A stretch of 64,000 bases of DNA from Lachnospiraceae bacterium (GTDB lineage: Bacteria > Bacillota > Clostridia > Lachnospirales > Lachnospiraceae): assembly GCA_017439675.1 (NCBI GenBank), contig JAFSIQ010000007.1, positions 20,310-84,309 of the forward strand. The letters run 5' to 3'. Below the pieces are notes generated by a model, which was given only the letters and a program-made list of their open reading frames with translations, ran no database searches and was not told the origin of the DNA. Position 1 is the first letter of the stretch. Every line of letters begins with the position of its first letter. Positions 18,057 through 29,321 of the stretch are shown one piece after another. The position numbers and the translations under genes were made by a program.

Positions 18057-19058
18057 ATGTACCTAGTCTTTGATGTTGGGGCAACGACAATTAAATATGC
18101 ACTTATGACAGCACAGGGGGATATTAAGGAAAAGGGAAAGGTTCCAACACCGACTGCAACAGGGCAAGGGATTGATGATTTTGTGGCAGTGATAGGAGAT
18201 ATTTATGATAAGCATAATGCATTGTATGCCCAAGGAGCAAATGCTACGGATTCTATTCAAGGTATTGCCATGGGCATTCCAGGTCAGGTGGATGTTAAGC
18301 ATGGTATTGTCTACAATGGCGGTGGGATTCGCTATATGCATGATGTTAAGCTACAGGAACTTTTAGAAGCTCGCTGTGATAATGTTTCGGTTGCAGTAGA
18401 AAATGACGGCAAGTGTGCAGCTTTGGCAGAGGTTTGGAAGGGTAATGCAAAGGATGTGGAAGATGCATGTGTATTAGTGTTTGGCACAGGAATTGGTGGT
18501 GCACTGATTAAGAACAAGAGAGTAATTCATGGGAAGCATTTATTGTCTGGTGAGATTTCATATATATTTGTTGAAATGACTAGAGAAGAGGCAGACCTTC
18601 TTCCAGAAGGAGAAGGTCTTATGGAAGCCAAAGCTACCATGGAAGCAGTGGAAGCATACCCATATACATGGGCTGCGAAGGCTGCTACGCTCAATGTCTG
18701 TCATCAGGTTGCAAAGATGAAAGGTTTGTCAGATAACGAGGTTACAGGAGAAAAATTATATCAATGGGCAGCAGCTGGCGATCAACAGGTTATTGATATG
18801 TTGGAGGATTGGTATTTTAGTATTGCAAAGCAATGTCTTAGTTTGTATGTCATATTTGACCCTGAAGTGATATTAATTGGCGGTGGCGTCAGTGCCGAGC
18901 CAGAGTTTTTAAAGGGGATTCAAAGATATGTGGACAAACTCAAAAAATTGTCCAATGTATATAGTCAGATTAAGTTGGATAGTTGCAAATTCTATAATGA
19001 TTCCAATTTGCTAGGTGCACTGTATAACTTTATACAAAAGTATGGATTGAAAATGTAA
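18057..19058 (+). CDS. ROK-family sugar kinase (beta-glucoside kinase-like)
   Basis: N-terminal DVGATTIKYA phosphate-binding motif, ENDGKCAALAE, GTGIGGA. No CxCGxxGC zinc motif seen. Confidence 0.8.
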   Translation: MYLVFDVGATTIKYALMTAQGDIKEKGKVPTPTATGQGIDDFVAVIGDIYDKHNALYAQGANATDSIQGIAMGIPGQVDVKHGIVYNGGGIRYMHDVKLQELLEARCDNVSVAVENDGKCAALAEVWKGNAKDVEDACVLVFGTGIGGALIKNKRVIHGKHLLSGEISYIFVEMTREEADLLPEGEGLMEAKATMEAVEAYPYTWAAKAATLNVCHQVAKMKGLSDNEVTGEKLYQWAAAGDQQVIDMLEDWYFSIAKQCLSLYVIFDPEVILIGGGVSAEPEFLKGIQRYVDKLKKLSNVYSQIKLDSCKFYNDSNLLGALYNFIQKYGLKM

Positions 19059-19091
19059 GAATCATATCAGTATAGAGACAAAAGTACATAG

Positions 19092-20549
<1,458 letters not shown>

Positions 20550-20647
20550 TATGTAATTGCATAACGGGAAAATGAATTAGAAGCTTAGAATTAAAAATTG
20601 ATTGTTGTAAAAATAGGTAAGAAATACAATTATGAGAAATGTGATGA

Positions 20648-20679
20648 AGGGTTGTCCGATTTATAGGACAACCCTTTTT
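20648..20679 (+). terminator. rho-independent terminator
   Basis: AGGGTTGTCC (20648-20657) pairs with GGACAACCCT (20666-20675), 8-nt loop, then TTTTT. Confidence 0.8.
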
Positions 20680-20744
20680 GTATAATAAAGAGCAACAAAG
20701 CTTTGAATGCATTCTAGTGACAAGAGGAAATGGAGGAGAGCATT

Positions 20745-21584
20745 ATGAGAAAGAGGTTATATGAGATGTATCAGATTTACAAGAGGTATGTGATTTTAGC
20801 TATGTTCGTTCTATTGCTTTGGAGTGGAGCGCCAACTTGTATGGCGACACCTTCCGATTTGCCCAAAGGGGTTTTCATAGTAAAGAATGAGAAGTCTATG
20901 GTTAAGAGAATGGTAAAGGAATTGAATAATCACAACACAAGATTTGCATTCTATTATCCGGGTGTTGACAAAGCTATGAGGAGATATAAGAGAGCATCTC
21001 CGTCTTATCGTACTTTTTTTGAACAGATAGCTAAGAAAGATGGATATGCAATGGGGACGGTGTCGGGGTTCTGTATTACGATAACAGGAGATAGAACCAA
21101 GTATGTAGTCTTTCAGTTTTCGTATCTCACAACTAAGCGACAAGAGAAGAAGATTGACAAACAAGTAAAGCGAATTGTCAAGTATATTGGTAAAGGAAGT
21201 CGTTTTATAAAAGTAAAGAAAGCACATGATTATCTTATTCGTCATATGGCTTACGATGAAAGGTATTATAGTCCATATGATGCATTTGTGAAGAAAAGGG
21301 GACTCTGTATGTCCTATGCGCTAGCGTATCAGCGAATCATGCAGGAGATGGACATTCCGTGTATCTACATCAAAGGTGACAACCATGCGTGGAACATGGT
21401 AAAGCTTGGCGGATATTGGTACAACGTGGATGTGACGTGGGATGATGTGGGAAAGGGAAGCTATCAATACTTTCTAAAGTCAGATGCGGATTTTCCCGGT
21501 CATAAGCGGCCAATATCTCAGTGGTACACATCTCTTCGGAAAGCGCAATATTCTTATCCGGTTGATAATTTAGTGCGAAATTGA
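20745..21584 (+). CDS. secreted transglutaminase-like (papain-fold) protein
   Basis: GGAGGAG precedes ATG 20745. Signal-like helix. Core GLCMSYALAY ... DNHAWNMV ... NVDVTWDD gives a Cys-His-Asp arrangement. Confidence 0.75.
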   Translation: MRKRLYEMYQIYKRYVILAMFVLLLWSGAPTCMATPSDLPKGVFIVKNEKSMVKRMVKELNNHNTRFAFYYPGVDKAMRRYKRASPSYRTFFEQIAKKDGYAMGTVSGFCITITGDRTKYVVFQFSYLTTKRQEKKIDKQVKRIVKYIGKGSRFIKVKKAHDYLIRHMAYDERYYSPYDAFVKKRGLCMSYALAYQRIMQEMDIPCIYIKGDNHAWNMVKLGGYWYNVDVTWDDVGKGSYQYFLKSDADFPGHKRPISQWYTSLRKAQYSYPVDNLVRN

Positions 21585-21620
21585 AACCAAGTTTGGCAAG
21601 TCTTGAATTTTGCAAATAGT

Positions 21621-21649
21621 TTGAAATGTGCGTTGGGTTATGCTACAAT
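21621..21649 (+). promoter_or_regulatory. sigma-A-type promoter (TTGAAA-17-TACAAT, TGn)
   Basis: TTGAAA 21621-21626, 17-nt spacer, TGc then TACAAT 21644-21649. About 85 nt upstream of the hydratase start. Confidence 0.55.
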
Positions 21650-21734
21650 GGAGATTGTCCTTTGGACATCGCTTGTGCGCAAAGAGTTTGAATGCAAGCT
21701 CGTTGTATAATTAATATATTAGGAGGATGAATGT

Positions 21735-24017
21735 GTGATTAAGTTATATGAAGGCGGAGCCTATCTTTTGAATGGTACAGAAATCATTGAAGATGGTGCG
21801 AATCAGGCAGATATTTTGAAAAGTAAGATGGGAAGTGTTGTATCTAAGGAAGAGGCAGCTAAGAATACCATTGCATATGGTATTTTGCAGGCACATAATA
21901 CTTCCGACAACATGGATAAGCTTCAACTTAAGTTTGATAAATTGACATCTCATGATATTACGTTTGTAGGAATTATCCAGACTGCTCGTGCGTCAGGATT
22001 AGAAAAGTTTCCAATTCCTTATGTGCTTACCAACTGTCACAATTCTTTATGTGCGGTAGGTGGAACAATCAACGAGGATGACCACATGTTTGGTCTTAGT
22101 TGCGCTAAGAAGTATGGAGGTGTGTATGTACCTCCTCATCAGGCCGTTATCCATCAGTATGCGAGAGAGATGCTTGCAGAGTGCGGTGCTATGATTCTTG
22201 GTTCTGATTCACACACTCGTTATGGTGCTTTGGGTACTATGGCAATCGGTGAAGGTGGTGGAGAACTTGTAAAGCAGTTACTTTGTCAGACTTATGATGT
22301 GAAGATGCCAGGAGTGGTTGGTATCTATTTGGATGGTAAGCCGGCACCGGGAGTAGGCCCTCAGGACGTTGCACTTGCTATTATCGGAGCTACCTTTGCC
22401 AACGGATATGTGAAGAATAAGGTCATGGAGTTTGTTGGCCCTGGTGTGGACAATTTAAGTGCGGATTACAGAATTGGTATTGATGTAATGACAACAGAGA
22501 CAACCTGTCTTTCTTCTATCTGGAAGACAGACAGTGAGGTTAAGGATTTCTATGAAATTCATGGAAGAGGTGCTTCTTATAAGGAGTTGAATCCGGGAGC
22601 AGTTGCTTACTATGATGGTTTGGTTTATGTGGACTTAAGCAAGGTTAAGCCAATGATTGCCATGCCATTCCATCCAAGTAACACATATACCATCGAGGAG
22701 TTGAATGCAAATCTTATGGATATCCTTGAGGATTGTGAGAAGAGAGCATTGGTAAGCTTAGACGGAAAGGTAGATTTCACCTTGAAGGATAAGGTTCGTA
22801 ATGGCAAGTTATATGTAGATCAGGGTATTATTGCTGGTTGTGCAGGTGGTGGATTTGAGAATATCTGTGCAGCGGCTGACATCTTAAAGGGAGCTAGTAT
22901 TGGTGCGGATGAGTTTACATTGAGTGTGTATCCAGCATCTACTCCAATTTATATGGAATTGGCAAAGAATGGAAGATTGGCAGATTTGATGGCGACAGGT
23001 GCGATTGTTAAGACTGCATTCTGTGGACCATGTTTCGGTGCTGGTGATACACCTGCGAATAACGCGTTCTCTATTCGTCATTCAACGAGAAACTTCCCGA
23101 ATCGTGAAGGTTCTAAGGTGCAGAATGGACAGATTTCATCCGTTGCATTGATGGATGCTCGTTCGATTGCGGCTACAGCAGCGAATAAGGGATATTTGAC
23201 AGCAGCAACTGATGTGGATGCAAACTTCACAAATCCTAAGTATTTCTTTGATAAGACAATTTATGAGAATCGTATTTATGATGGTGTTGGAAATGCTGAC
23301 CCATCTGTGGAGATTAAGTTTGGTCCGAACATTAAGGATTGGCCAGCCATGGTAGCTTTGACAGATAACTTGATTTTGAAGGTTGCATCTGTTATCAATG
23401 ACCCTGTCACTACAACAGATGAGTTGATTCCATCTGGTGAGACCTCTTCTTACCGTTCTAATCCATTAGGACTTGCAGAGTTTACATTGTCTCGTAAGGA
23501 TCCAGAATATGTTGGCAGAGCAAAGGCTGTTCAGGCTGTGGAGAAGGCTCGTGAAGAGGGCAACTGCATGTGTAAGTATGATGACAACTGGAAAGAAGTA
23601 ATGGATACCATTAAGAGTCAGTTCCCAGATGTGACACATGAGAATGTGGGGGTTGGTTCTACTATTTTTGCGGTTAAGCCAGGTGATGGTTCTGCCCGTG
23701 AACAGGCAGCATCTTGTCAGAAGGTGCTTGGTGGTTGGGCGAATGTTGCAAAGGAATATGCAACGAAGAGATATCGTTCCAACTTGATTAACTGGGGTAT
23801 GCTTCCATTTATCATGCCAGAGGATTATGCATTTGATATTAATGACTATATCTTCATTCCAGATATTGTGAAAGCAGTGAAGGAAAAGAATGATGACATT
23901 AAGGCTTATGTTGTGAACAAGGGAATGAAGGAATTGACATTCCACTTAGGGGACCTTACGGATGATGAGAGAGATATTATCTTGAAGGGTTGCTTAATTA
24001 ATTACAATAGAAGATAG
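21735..24017 (+). CDS. aconitase-family hydratase (putative aconitate hydratase)
   Basis: GTG start after AGGAGG. GSDSHT block, Cys ligand candidates ([18 protein letters not shown]), C-terminal swivel-domain-like [12 protein letters not shown]. Confidence 0.75.
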   Translation: MIKLYEGGAYLLNGTEIIEDGANQADILKSKMGSVVSKEEAAKNTIAYGILQAHNTSDNMDKLQLKFDKLTSHDITFVGIIQTARASGLEKFPIPYVLTNCHNSLCAVGGTINEDDHMFGLSCAKKYGGVYVPPHQAVIHQYAREMLAECGAMILGSDSHTRYGALGTMAIGEGGGELVKQLLCQTYDVKMPGVVGIYLDGKPAPGVGPQDVALAIIGATFANGYVKNKVMEFVGPGVDNLSADYRIGIDVMTTETTCLSSIWKTDSEVKDFYEIHGRGASYKELNPGAVAYYDGLVYVDLSKVKPMIAMPFHPSNTYTIEELNANLMDILEDCEKRALVSLDGKVDFTLKDKVRNGKLYVDQGIIAGCAGGGFENICAAADILKGASIGADEFTLSVYPASTPIYMELAKNGRLADLMATGAIVKTAFCGPCFGAGDTPANNAFSIRHSTRNFPNREGSKVQNGQISSVALMDARSIAATAANKGYLTAATDVDANFTNPKYFFDKTIYENRIYDGVGNADPSVEIKFGPNIKDWPAMVALTDNLILKVASVINDPVTTTDELIPSGETSSYRSNPLGLAEFTLSRKDPEYVGRAKAVQAVEKAREEGNCMCKYDDNWKEVMDTIKSQFPDVTHENVGVGSTIFAVKPGDGSAREQAASCQKVLGGWANVAKEYATKRYRSNLINWGMLPFIMPEDYAFDINDYIFIPDIVKAVKEKNDDIKAYVVNKGMKELTFHLGDLTDDERDIILKGCLINYNRR

Positions 24018-24038
24018 TCCCTAAGTTTAGGGAAATAG

Positions 24039-24111
24039 TCCGGTGTTTTGTATGACCATGCAAGTATTGTAAAGATATTAGTGTGTTGTTATACGAAAAC
24101 ATCGGATTTTT
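24039..24111 (+). terminator. rho-independent terminator with large loop
   Basis: TCCGGTGTTTT(G)TAT (24039-24053) pairs with ATA(CG)AAAACATCGGA (24091-24106), about 15 bp with one G-U pair and one bulge, followed by TTTTT. Confidence 0.5.
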
Positions 24112-24211
24112 AAATTGCGAAAATATTTTGTCATGCCTAATGCCGTATGCTACGTTTTTGGTGATTACGAATGTGTCTTCAAAAATTGGAGAATGATTGT
24201 TGCAAATATCG

Positions 24212-24241
24212 TTGAAAATATAGTTTGGCTCATGTTACAAT
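24212..24241 (+). promoter_or_regulatory. sigma-A-type promoter (TTGAAA-18-TACAAT, TGn)
   Basis: TTGAAA 24212-24217, TGt then TACAAT 24236-24241. Upstream of the HD-GYP gene. Confidence 0.45.
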
Positions 24242-24355
24242 GCTTACAACGTACATAGGAGTTTTGCAAGTTCCTATTATGATATTGAGGAGTAGGGAGT
24301 GTAGTGTATAACGATTACATATTGTTAGTTGATATGCATGGGAAAGGATTTGCGA

Positions 24356-27325
24356 ATGATAAAGAAAGTAATTGAAAATACAATGAAAATTACAATGAAA
24401 AAGAGTTTATATTTGTTGTTAGTGATGATTTGTCTGTTTTGTTCTGTGGAACAAGTTTCGGCAAAGAATAGTGAGGACAAACCGTATGTTGTTACTGTTT
24501 ATAATGAACAGAATGGTCTACCGACAGGCGAGGCTAATACAGTACTTCAGACTTCAGATGGTTATCTTTGGATTGGTAGTTATGGCGGATTGATTCGCTA
24601 TGACGGAACCACATTTCGTAATTACAGTATAGAACGTGCAATCAAATCCAGTTCCATTCGTTCTTTATTCGAGGATTCTAAGGGTAGATTATGGATTGGA
24701 ACCAATGATGCTGGCGTGGTAATGATGGAAGCTGACGTGTTTACAGAGATTGCATCACCAGTAGATCGTTCTTTTGCCTGCATTCGTGACTTTGCAGAAG
24801 GGGCGGATGGAACTATCTATGTTGCATCTAACTCAGGCATGGGTAAGATTAGCGAAGGTGCAATTGTGCCTTATGCCATTGAGGAGATAGCAGGAAAGAC
24901 TGTATATAACGTTGCTGTGGATGCGAAGGACCGAGTATGGGGAAGTATGAATGATGGAGATTGTGCCATTGTTTTTCAGGATGAATTAGTGGAGGTATTT
25001 TCATCGAATAGAGTGTTTGAACAAACGGACATCTACAGCTTGGATTCTGATTCTGAAGGGAGCATTGTGCTCGGTTCCGCTGATAACATGATAGCGAAGC
25101 TTCAATTTTGTGGAAGTGGTCTATCTAAGAAGGATTATCAAGTGGATTATTACGAAACGGGTGATGTGACAGTACATAATGCAATCAATATTACAGATAA
25201 TGGATATATTTTGGTAAGTGGTATTGATGGTTTTGCAGTGATAGACTCCAAAGGGGATTTGACAGAATTTGGAGAAGAAGATAAGGCAATGTCTGTAAAT
25301 GCGACCATTGTGGATTATGAAAATAATATTTGGTTAGCATCTAGTAGCTATGGACTTATCAAATATTCTCAAGGATGTTTTGCGTCGCCTAATGTGGGTG
25401 CAGATTTGACGGATATTAAAATTAACAGTGTAGTGCAACAAGGCGATAGATGGTATATTGCGCATGATACTGGTTTGATTGTACGCGATGAAATGTGGAA
25501 ACCAGTGAAGAATGAGTTGACGAAACTGTTTGAAGATACTCGAATTCGTTGTGTTATGGCGGATAGTCAGGGAAGAATATGGATTGCTAGTTATTCTGAA
25601 TATGCCTTGGTTTGTTATAATCCGTCTGATGAAGAAATTACTACTTACAGTACAAAGGAAGGACTGGTAGGGGATAAAGCACGAGTTGTGTTCGAAATGA
25701 CAGATGGAAGAATTGTTGTGGGAACACAGACAGGTGTAAGTATATTAGAAAATGGCAAGATAACGGGGTCCTATGACCATCAGAAGGGATTGGATAATCC
25801 TTCCGTGCTTTGCTTTGCAGAGGGTAATGAAGGAGAGCTTTTAGTTGGTAGTGATGGAGATGGCATTTATGTGATTGAAGAGGATGGTGTTACGCATTAT
25901 GGATTTGACCAAGGCTTAGGTGAAGGTGTTGTATTGCGAATGCTAAAGGATGAAGAGACTGATGCATGGTTCGTCAGTGCTGGTAGCAGTCTTTATTATT
26001 GGAACAATGGAGCGTTTGAAAACCTTACGAATTTTACTAAGGGTGCCGGTAGTATTTTTGATTTCTATGACAGGGATGGGATGTTGTGGATTTTACAAAA
26101 TAACGGCATTATAGCAATGGACAAAGATCAGTTGTTAAGCGGAAATCCTACTGATACCATCCAATACGGTGCAAGTCATGGACTGACAGGCTCCTTGAAT
26201 GCAAATACATGGCATTATCTTGGCGAGAATGGAATGCTCTATATGTCCACTCGTAATGGTATTAGTATATTTGGGTTTACTGGTGTAAAGAATGCACTTC
26301 CTAAGGTGACGATACATCAGGTTACTGTAGATGAAGAGGTATATGAGCATCCAAAGGATTTGCAGATAGACAGTGGAGTTAAGCGCATTACAATTGATTT
26401 TGCAGCACTTTCCTTTACAGATACCACAGAAATGCGTGTGGCATATCGATTGAAGGGTTTTGATACAGAAGAAGTTGTCATGACACAAAAGAGTGGAAGC
26501 ATCAGTTATACAAACCTTGCTGGTGGAGATTATGTGTTTGAACTTCGTGTCTACAATCCCAATAATCCAGAAGAAATGGTGGAATACAAACTGCCAATTT
26601 CAAAACCAAAACAATTATCAGAGTATCCACTTTTTTGGATTGTAGTGGTTTTGTTGGCAACTCTTGTGATTTGTATTGCGATTCTTTTCTATGTGCGCCT
26701 AAAGATGAAGACACTTCATCGCAGACAACAGGAGTATCAAAGTATTGTAGACCAATCGTTGCGTACATTTGCAAATACCATTGATGCAAAGGACCCATAT
26801 ACGCAGGGGCATTCTATCCGTGTTGCGAGATATTCACGGGAATTAGCAAAAAGGATGGGGATGTCATCTGAGGAGCAAGAGAGGATTTATTATATTGCAC
26901 TAATGCATGATATTGGTAAAATTGGTGTACCGGATTACATTTTGAATAAACCAAATAAGTTGACAGAGGAAGAAATGCGGACCATTCAAAAGCATGTCGA
27001 TACCGGTGGGGAAATTTTGAAGGATTTCTCCGCACTCGTAGGTATTGCTCAAGGGGCAAAATATCACCATGAACGATACGATGGAAAGGGGTATACAGAA
27101 GGTCTTGTTGGAGAGGACATTCCTCAGGTTGCGAGAATTATAGGTGTAGCAGATTCTTATGACGCAATGGCTAGCGACAGATGCTATCGTAAAGCACTTT
27201 CTAATGATATTATTGTAGAAGAGTTGAACAAGCATAATGGAACACAATTTGATCCGAAAGTAGTGCCACATATGTTGGCAATGATAGAAGAGGGAATCGT
27301 TCCTATGCAGGAAGAAAATGAATAA
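24356..27325 (+). CDS. beta-propeller/Y_Y_Y sensor - TM - HD-GYP domain protein (c-di-GMP phosphodiesterase type)
   Basis: Track ORF 24329..27325; start uncertain (ATG 24356, 24383 or 24395). Signal/TM, about 700 aa of repeated propeller-like units (GLPTGEANTVLQTSDGYLWIGS...), one TM, then HDIGKIGVPD...HHERYDGKGYTEGL (GYT variant of GYP). Confidence 0.8.
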   Translation: MIKKVIENTMKITMKKSLYLLLVMICLFCSVEQVSAKNSEDKPYVVTVYNEQNGLPTGEANTVLQTSDGYLWIGSYGGLIRYDGTTFRNYSIERAIKSSSIRSLFEDSKGRLWIGTNDAGVVMMEADVFTEIASPVDRSFACIRDFAEGADGTIYVASNSGMGKISEGAIVPYAIEEIAGKTVYNVAVDAKDRVWGSMNDGDCAIVFQDELVEVFSSNRVFEQTDIYSLDSDSEGSIVLGSADNMIAKLQFCGSGLSKKDYQVDYYETGDVTVHNAINITDNGYILVSGIDGFAVIDSKGDLTEFGEEDKAMSVNATIVDYENNIWLASSSYGLIKYSQGCFASPNVGADLTDIKINSVVQQGDRWYIAHDTGLIVRDEMWKPVKNELTKLFEDTRIRCVMADSQGRIWIASYSEYALVCYNPSDEEITTYSTKEGLVGDKARVVFEMTDGRIVVGTQTGVSILENGKITGSYDHQKGLDNPSVLCFAEGNEGELLVGSDGDGIYVIEEDGVTHYGFDQGLGEGVVLRMLKDEETDAWFVSAGSSLYYWNNGAFENLTNFTKGAGSIFDFYDRDGMLWILQNNGIIAMDKDQLLSGNPTDTIQYGASHGLTGSLNANTWHYLGENGMLYMSTRNGISIFGFTGVKNALPKVTIHQVTVDEEVYEHPKDLQIDSGVKRITIDFAALSFTDTTEMRVAYRLKGFDTEEVVMTQKSGSISYTNLAGGDYVFELRVYNPNNPEEMVEYKLPISKPKQLSEYPLFWIVVVLLATLVICIAILFYVRLKMKTLHRRQQEYQSIVDQSLRTFANTIDAKDPYTQGHSIRVARYSRELAKRMGMSSEEQERIYYIALMHDIGKIGVPDYILNKPNKLTEEEMRTIQKHVDTGGEILKDFSALVGIAQGAKYHHERYDGKGYTEGLVGEDIPQVARIIGVADSYDAMASDRCYRKALSNDIIVEELNKHNGTQFDPKVVPHMLAMIEEGIVPMQEENE

Positions 27326-27330
27326 TAACG

Positions 27331-27370
27331 AAAACGGAAATCTCTTGTGTAGGTTTCCGTTTTTGCTTTT
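27331..27370 (+). terminator. rho-independent terminator
   Basis: AAAACGGAAA (27331-27340) pairs with TTTCCGTTTT (27354-27363), T-run follows. Confidence 0.8.
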
Positions 27371-27565
27371 AATCAATGGAGAATTATGGTATACTGTTTT
27401 ATAGTACTGGTTAATATTATATATATGCAATTTTCAAAAGAAGAATAGGGTGTTTTGAGTAGCAGTACCAAGAGTATGGATTTCGTGTTTCTTGGAAGAG
27501 AATAGATTAGATGAGTTTGATAGAATTATTTTGGAAATAGATTGAGATAGAAGTAGGTTGAGAAT

Positions 27566-29233
27566 ATGAGTAGTGGAAAAAAATTAGCTAAGAATTTTGC
27601 GATGCAGGCTACTATTTTGGCAATTGCTAGCGTTGTGTCAAAATTGATTGGCTTTGTATATGGTATTCCGCTTGCCAACATTATGAAGAATGAAGGTAGT
27701 GGATATTATGGTGCGGCACAGACAGTTTATGCATTTATTTTATTGATTGCTACATTTAGTATTCCGGCTGCCATTTCCAAGATTATGGCAGAGCGGATTG
27801 AGAAGGGTGAATTTCGAAATGTAAAGCGCATTTTTAATGGTGCTATGTGGTATGTGTTGGTGGTAGGTGCGATTGCCGCAATTATTACTTATGTGGGAGC
27901 ACCTTATTTTGTAACAGAGAATTCAGTGTTGGCACTGCGGGTGTTGGCGCCAACTGTGTTTTTTTCAGGATTTTTAAGTGTATATCGTGGTTATTTTCAG
28001 GCATATAGCGATATGGTTCCAACCTCTGTTTCCCAGATTGTAGAGCAGATTGCCAATGCGATTTTTAGTATTGTGGTGGCACTGTTGTTTATGCAATGGG
28101 CAAGAGGGTTAGGTTATGATGAAGGCACACCCCAGTATTATGCTTACGGTGCTGCCGGGGGTACGGTTGGTACTGGTGTTGCAGTGTTAGCTGGCCTCGT
28201 TTATATGATGCTTCTATTTCGTAAAGAAAAGAAAGAATTGCATCAGAGGATGCAGGAGGATACCACGCAGCATATGTTGTCTTACAAAGAGGTGTTTAAG
28301 CTTTTGTTGATGGTGGCAACGCCGATTATTTTAAGTTCTGCAATTTATAACGCCAATGTGACCATTGATATGACCATTTTCCAAAAGATGATGGGATACA
28401 TGGGCATGGGCGGAGATGTAATTGATGGTCAGTATGGTATGTATAGTAGAATGTATTTGCCGCTTGCCAATGTACCGATTGCCATGGCAGCAGCAGTGGC
28501 GTCTGCGGTGATTCCAAGCATATCCACTGCCTATACGGCAGGGAATAAGAAGGAGTGCAATCGCAAGATTACCCAGTCCATGCAGCTTACTATGGTGTTA
28601 ACCATTCCGTGTGCAGTAGGTTTTGCAGTGCTTGGAAAACCGATTGTCAGTATGCTTTATAGACATCTGTCCGCAGCCGATAACCAAATGGTTGCCATAT
28701 TCCTGTTGTTAGGCGGAATTTCCATTGTTCTATACGGGATTTCCAGTGTGTTGAATGGTGTGCTACAGGGTATGGGAAAGGTGAATGTACCGGTTATTAG
28801 TGCAGCCGTTGCGTTGGTGTTGCATGTGATTTTGTTGGTATGCATGCTTTGGTTTACAGATATCGGTGCATATGCGTTGATTTTAGCCACAGCATTTTAT
28901 GCGGTTGTGGTGGTTGTTATGAATTACCACGTGGTGAAGAAGGAGTTGCAATATAAGATGGAGTGGAAGCAAACGGTATGGGTTCCGGTTGCATCCGCGA
29001 CCATTATGGGAGTTGTGACGTTTCTCGTACATTGGGGATTAGAAATTGTGTTAACGAAAGTGATGGGTGCATATGGTAGTAATGTGGTGGCAACTATAGT
29101 AGCTGTGGGAGTTGCCGTGCTTGTCTACTTTGTTTCAATGGTTAAAATTGGCGACTATACCGAGGATATGCTATTGGCATTTCCGAAGGGACATTTGTTA
29201 GTGAAAATTGCAACAAAGTTGCATTTGATATAG
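27566..29233 (+). CDS. MOP-superfamily flippase (SpoVB/MurJ/polysaccharide biosynthesis protein family)
   Basis: 555 aa, about 14 TM helices. N-terminus LAKNFAMQATILAIASVVSKLIGFVYGIPLANIM and RGYFQAY are typical of the SpoVB/MviN group as I recall it. Confidence 0.75.
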   Translation: MSSGKKLAKNFAMQATILAIASVVSKLIGFVYGIPLANIMKNEGSGYYGAAQTVYAFILLIATFSIPAAISKIMAERIEKGEFRNVKRIFNGAMWYVLVVGAIAAIITYVGAPYFVTENSVLALRVLAPTVFFSGFLSVYRGYFQAYSDMVPTSVSQIVEQIANAIFSIVVALLFMQWARGLGYDEGTPQYYAYGAAGGTVGTGVAVLAGLVYMMLLFRKEKKELHQRMQEDTTQHMLSYKEVFKLLLMVATPIILSSAIYNANVTIDMTIFQKMMGYMGMGGDVIDGQYGMYSRMYLPLANVPIAMAAAVASAVIPSISTAYTAGNKKECNRKITQSMQLTMVLTIPCAVGFAVLGKPIVSMLYRHLSAADNQMVAIFLLLGGISIVLYGISSVLNGVLQGMGKVNVPVISAAVALVLHVILLVCMLWFTDIGAYALILATAFYAVVVVVMNYHVVKKELQYKMEWKQTVWVPVASATIMGVVTFLVHWGLEIVLTKVMGAYGSNVVATIVAVGVAVLVYFVSMVKIGDYTEDMLLAFPKGHLLVKIATKLHLI

Positions 29234-29321
29234 GGGATATAGAAGGTATGCGCTTGTAATCCGAAGAAGGACGAAGCTGTTCAGGATTCGGGAACAAGCA
29301 TGTAGAAAGGGGTGCATTGTT

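Noticed and set aside
26900-27430. 176-aa antisense ORF over the HD-GYP domain region and its terminator
   Set aside because: It runs through a strong + strand terminator and opposite the best-conserved part of the + strand gene. Its composition is typical of antisense frames in AT-rich DNA.
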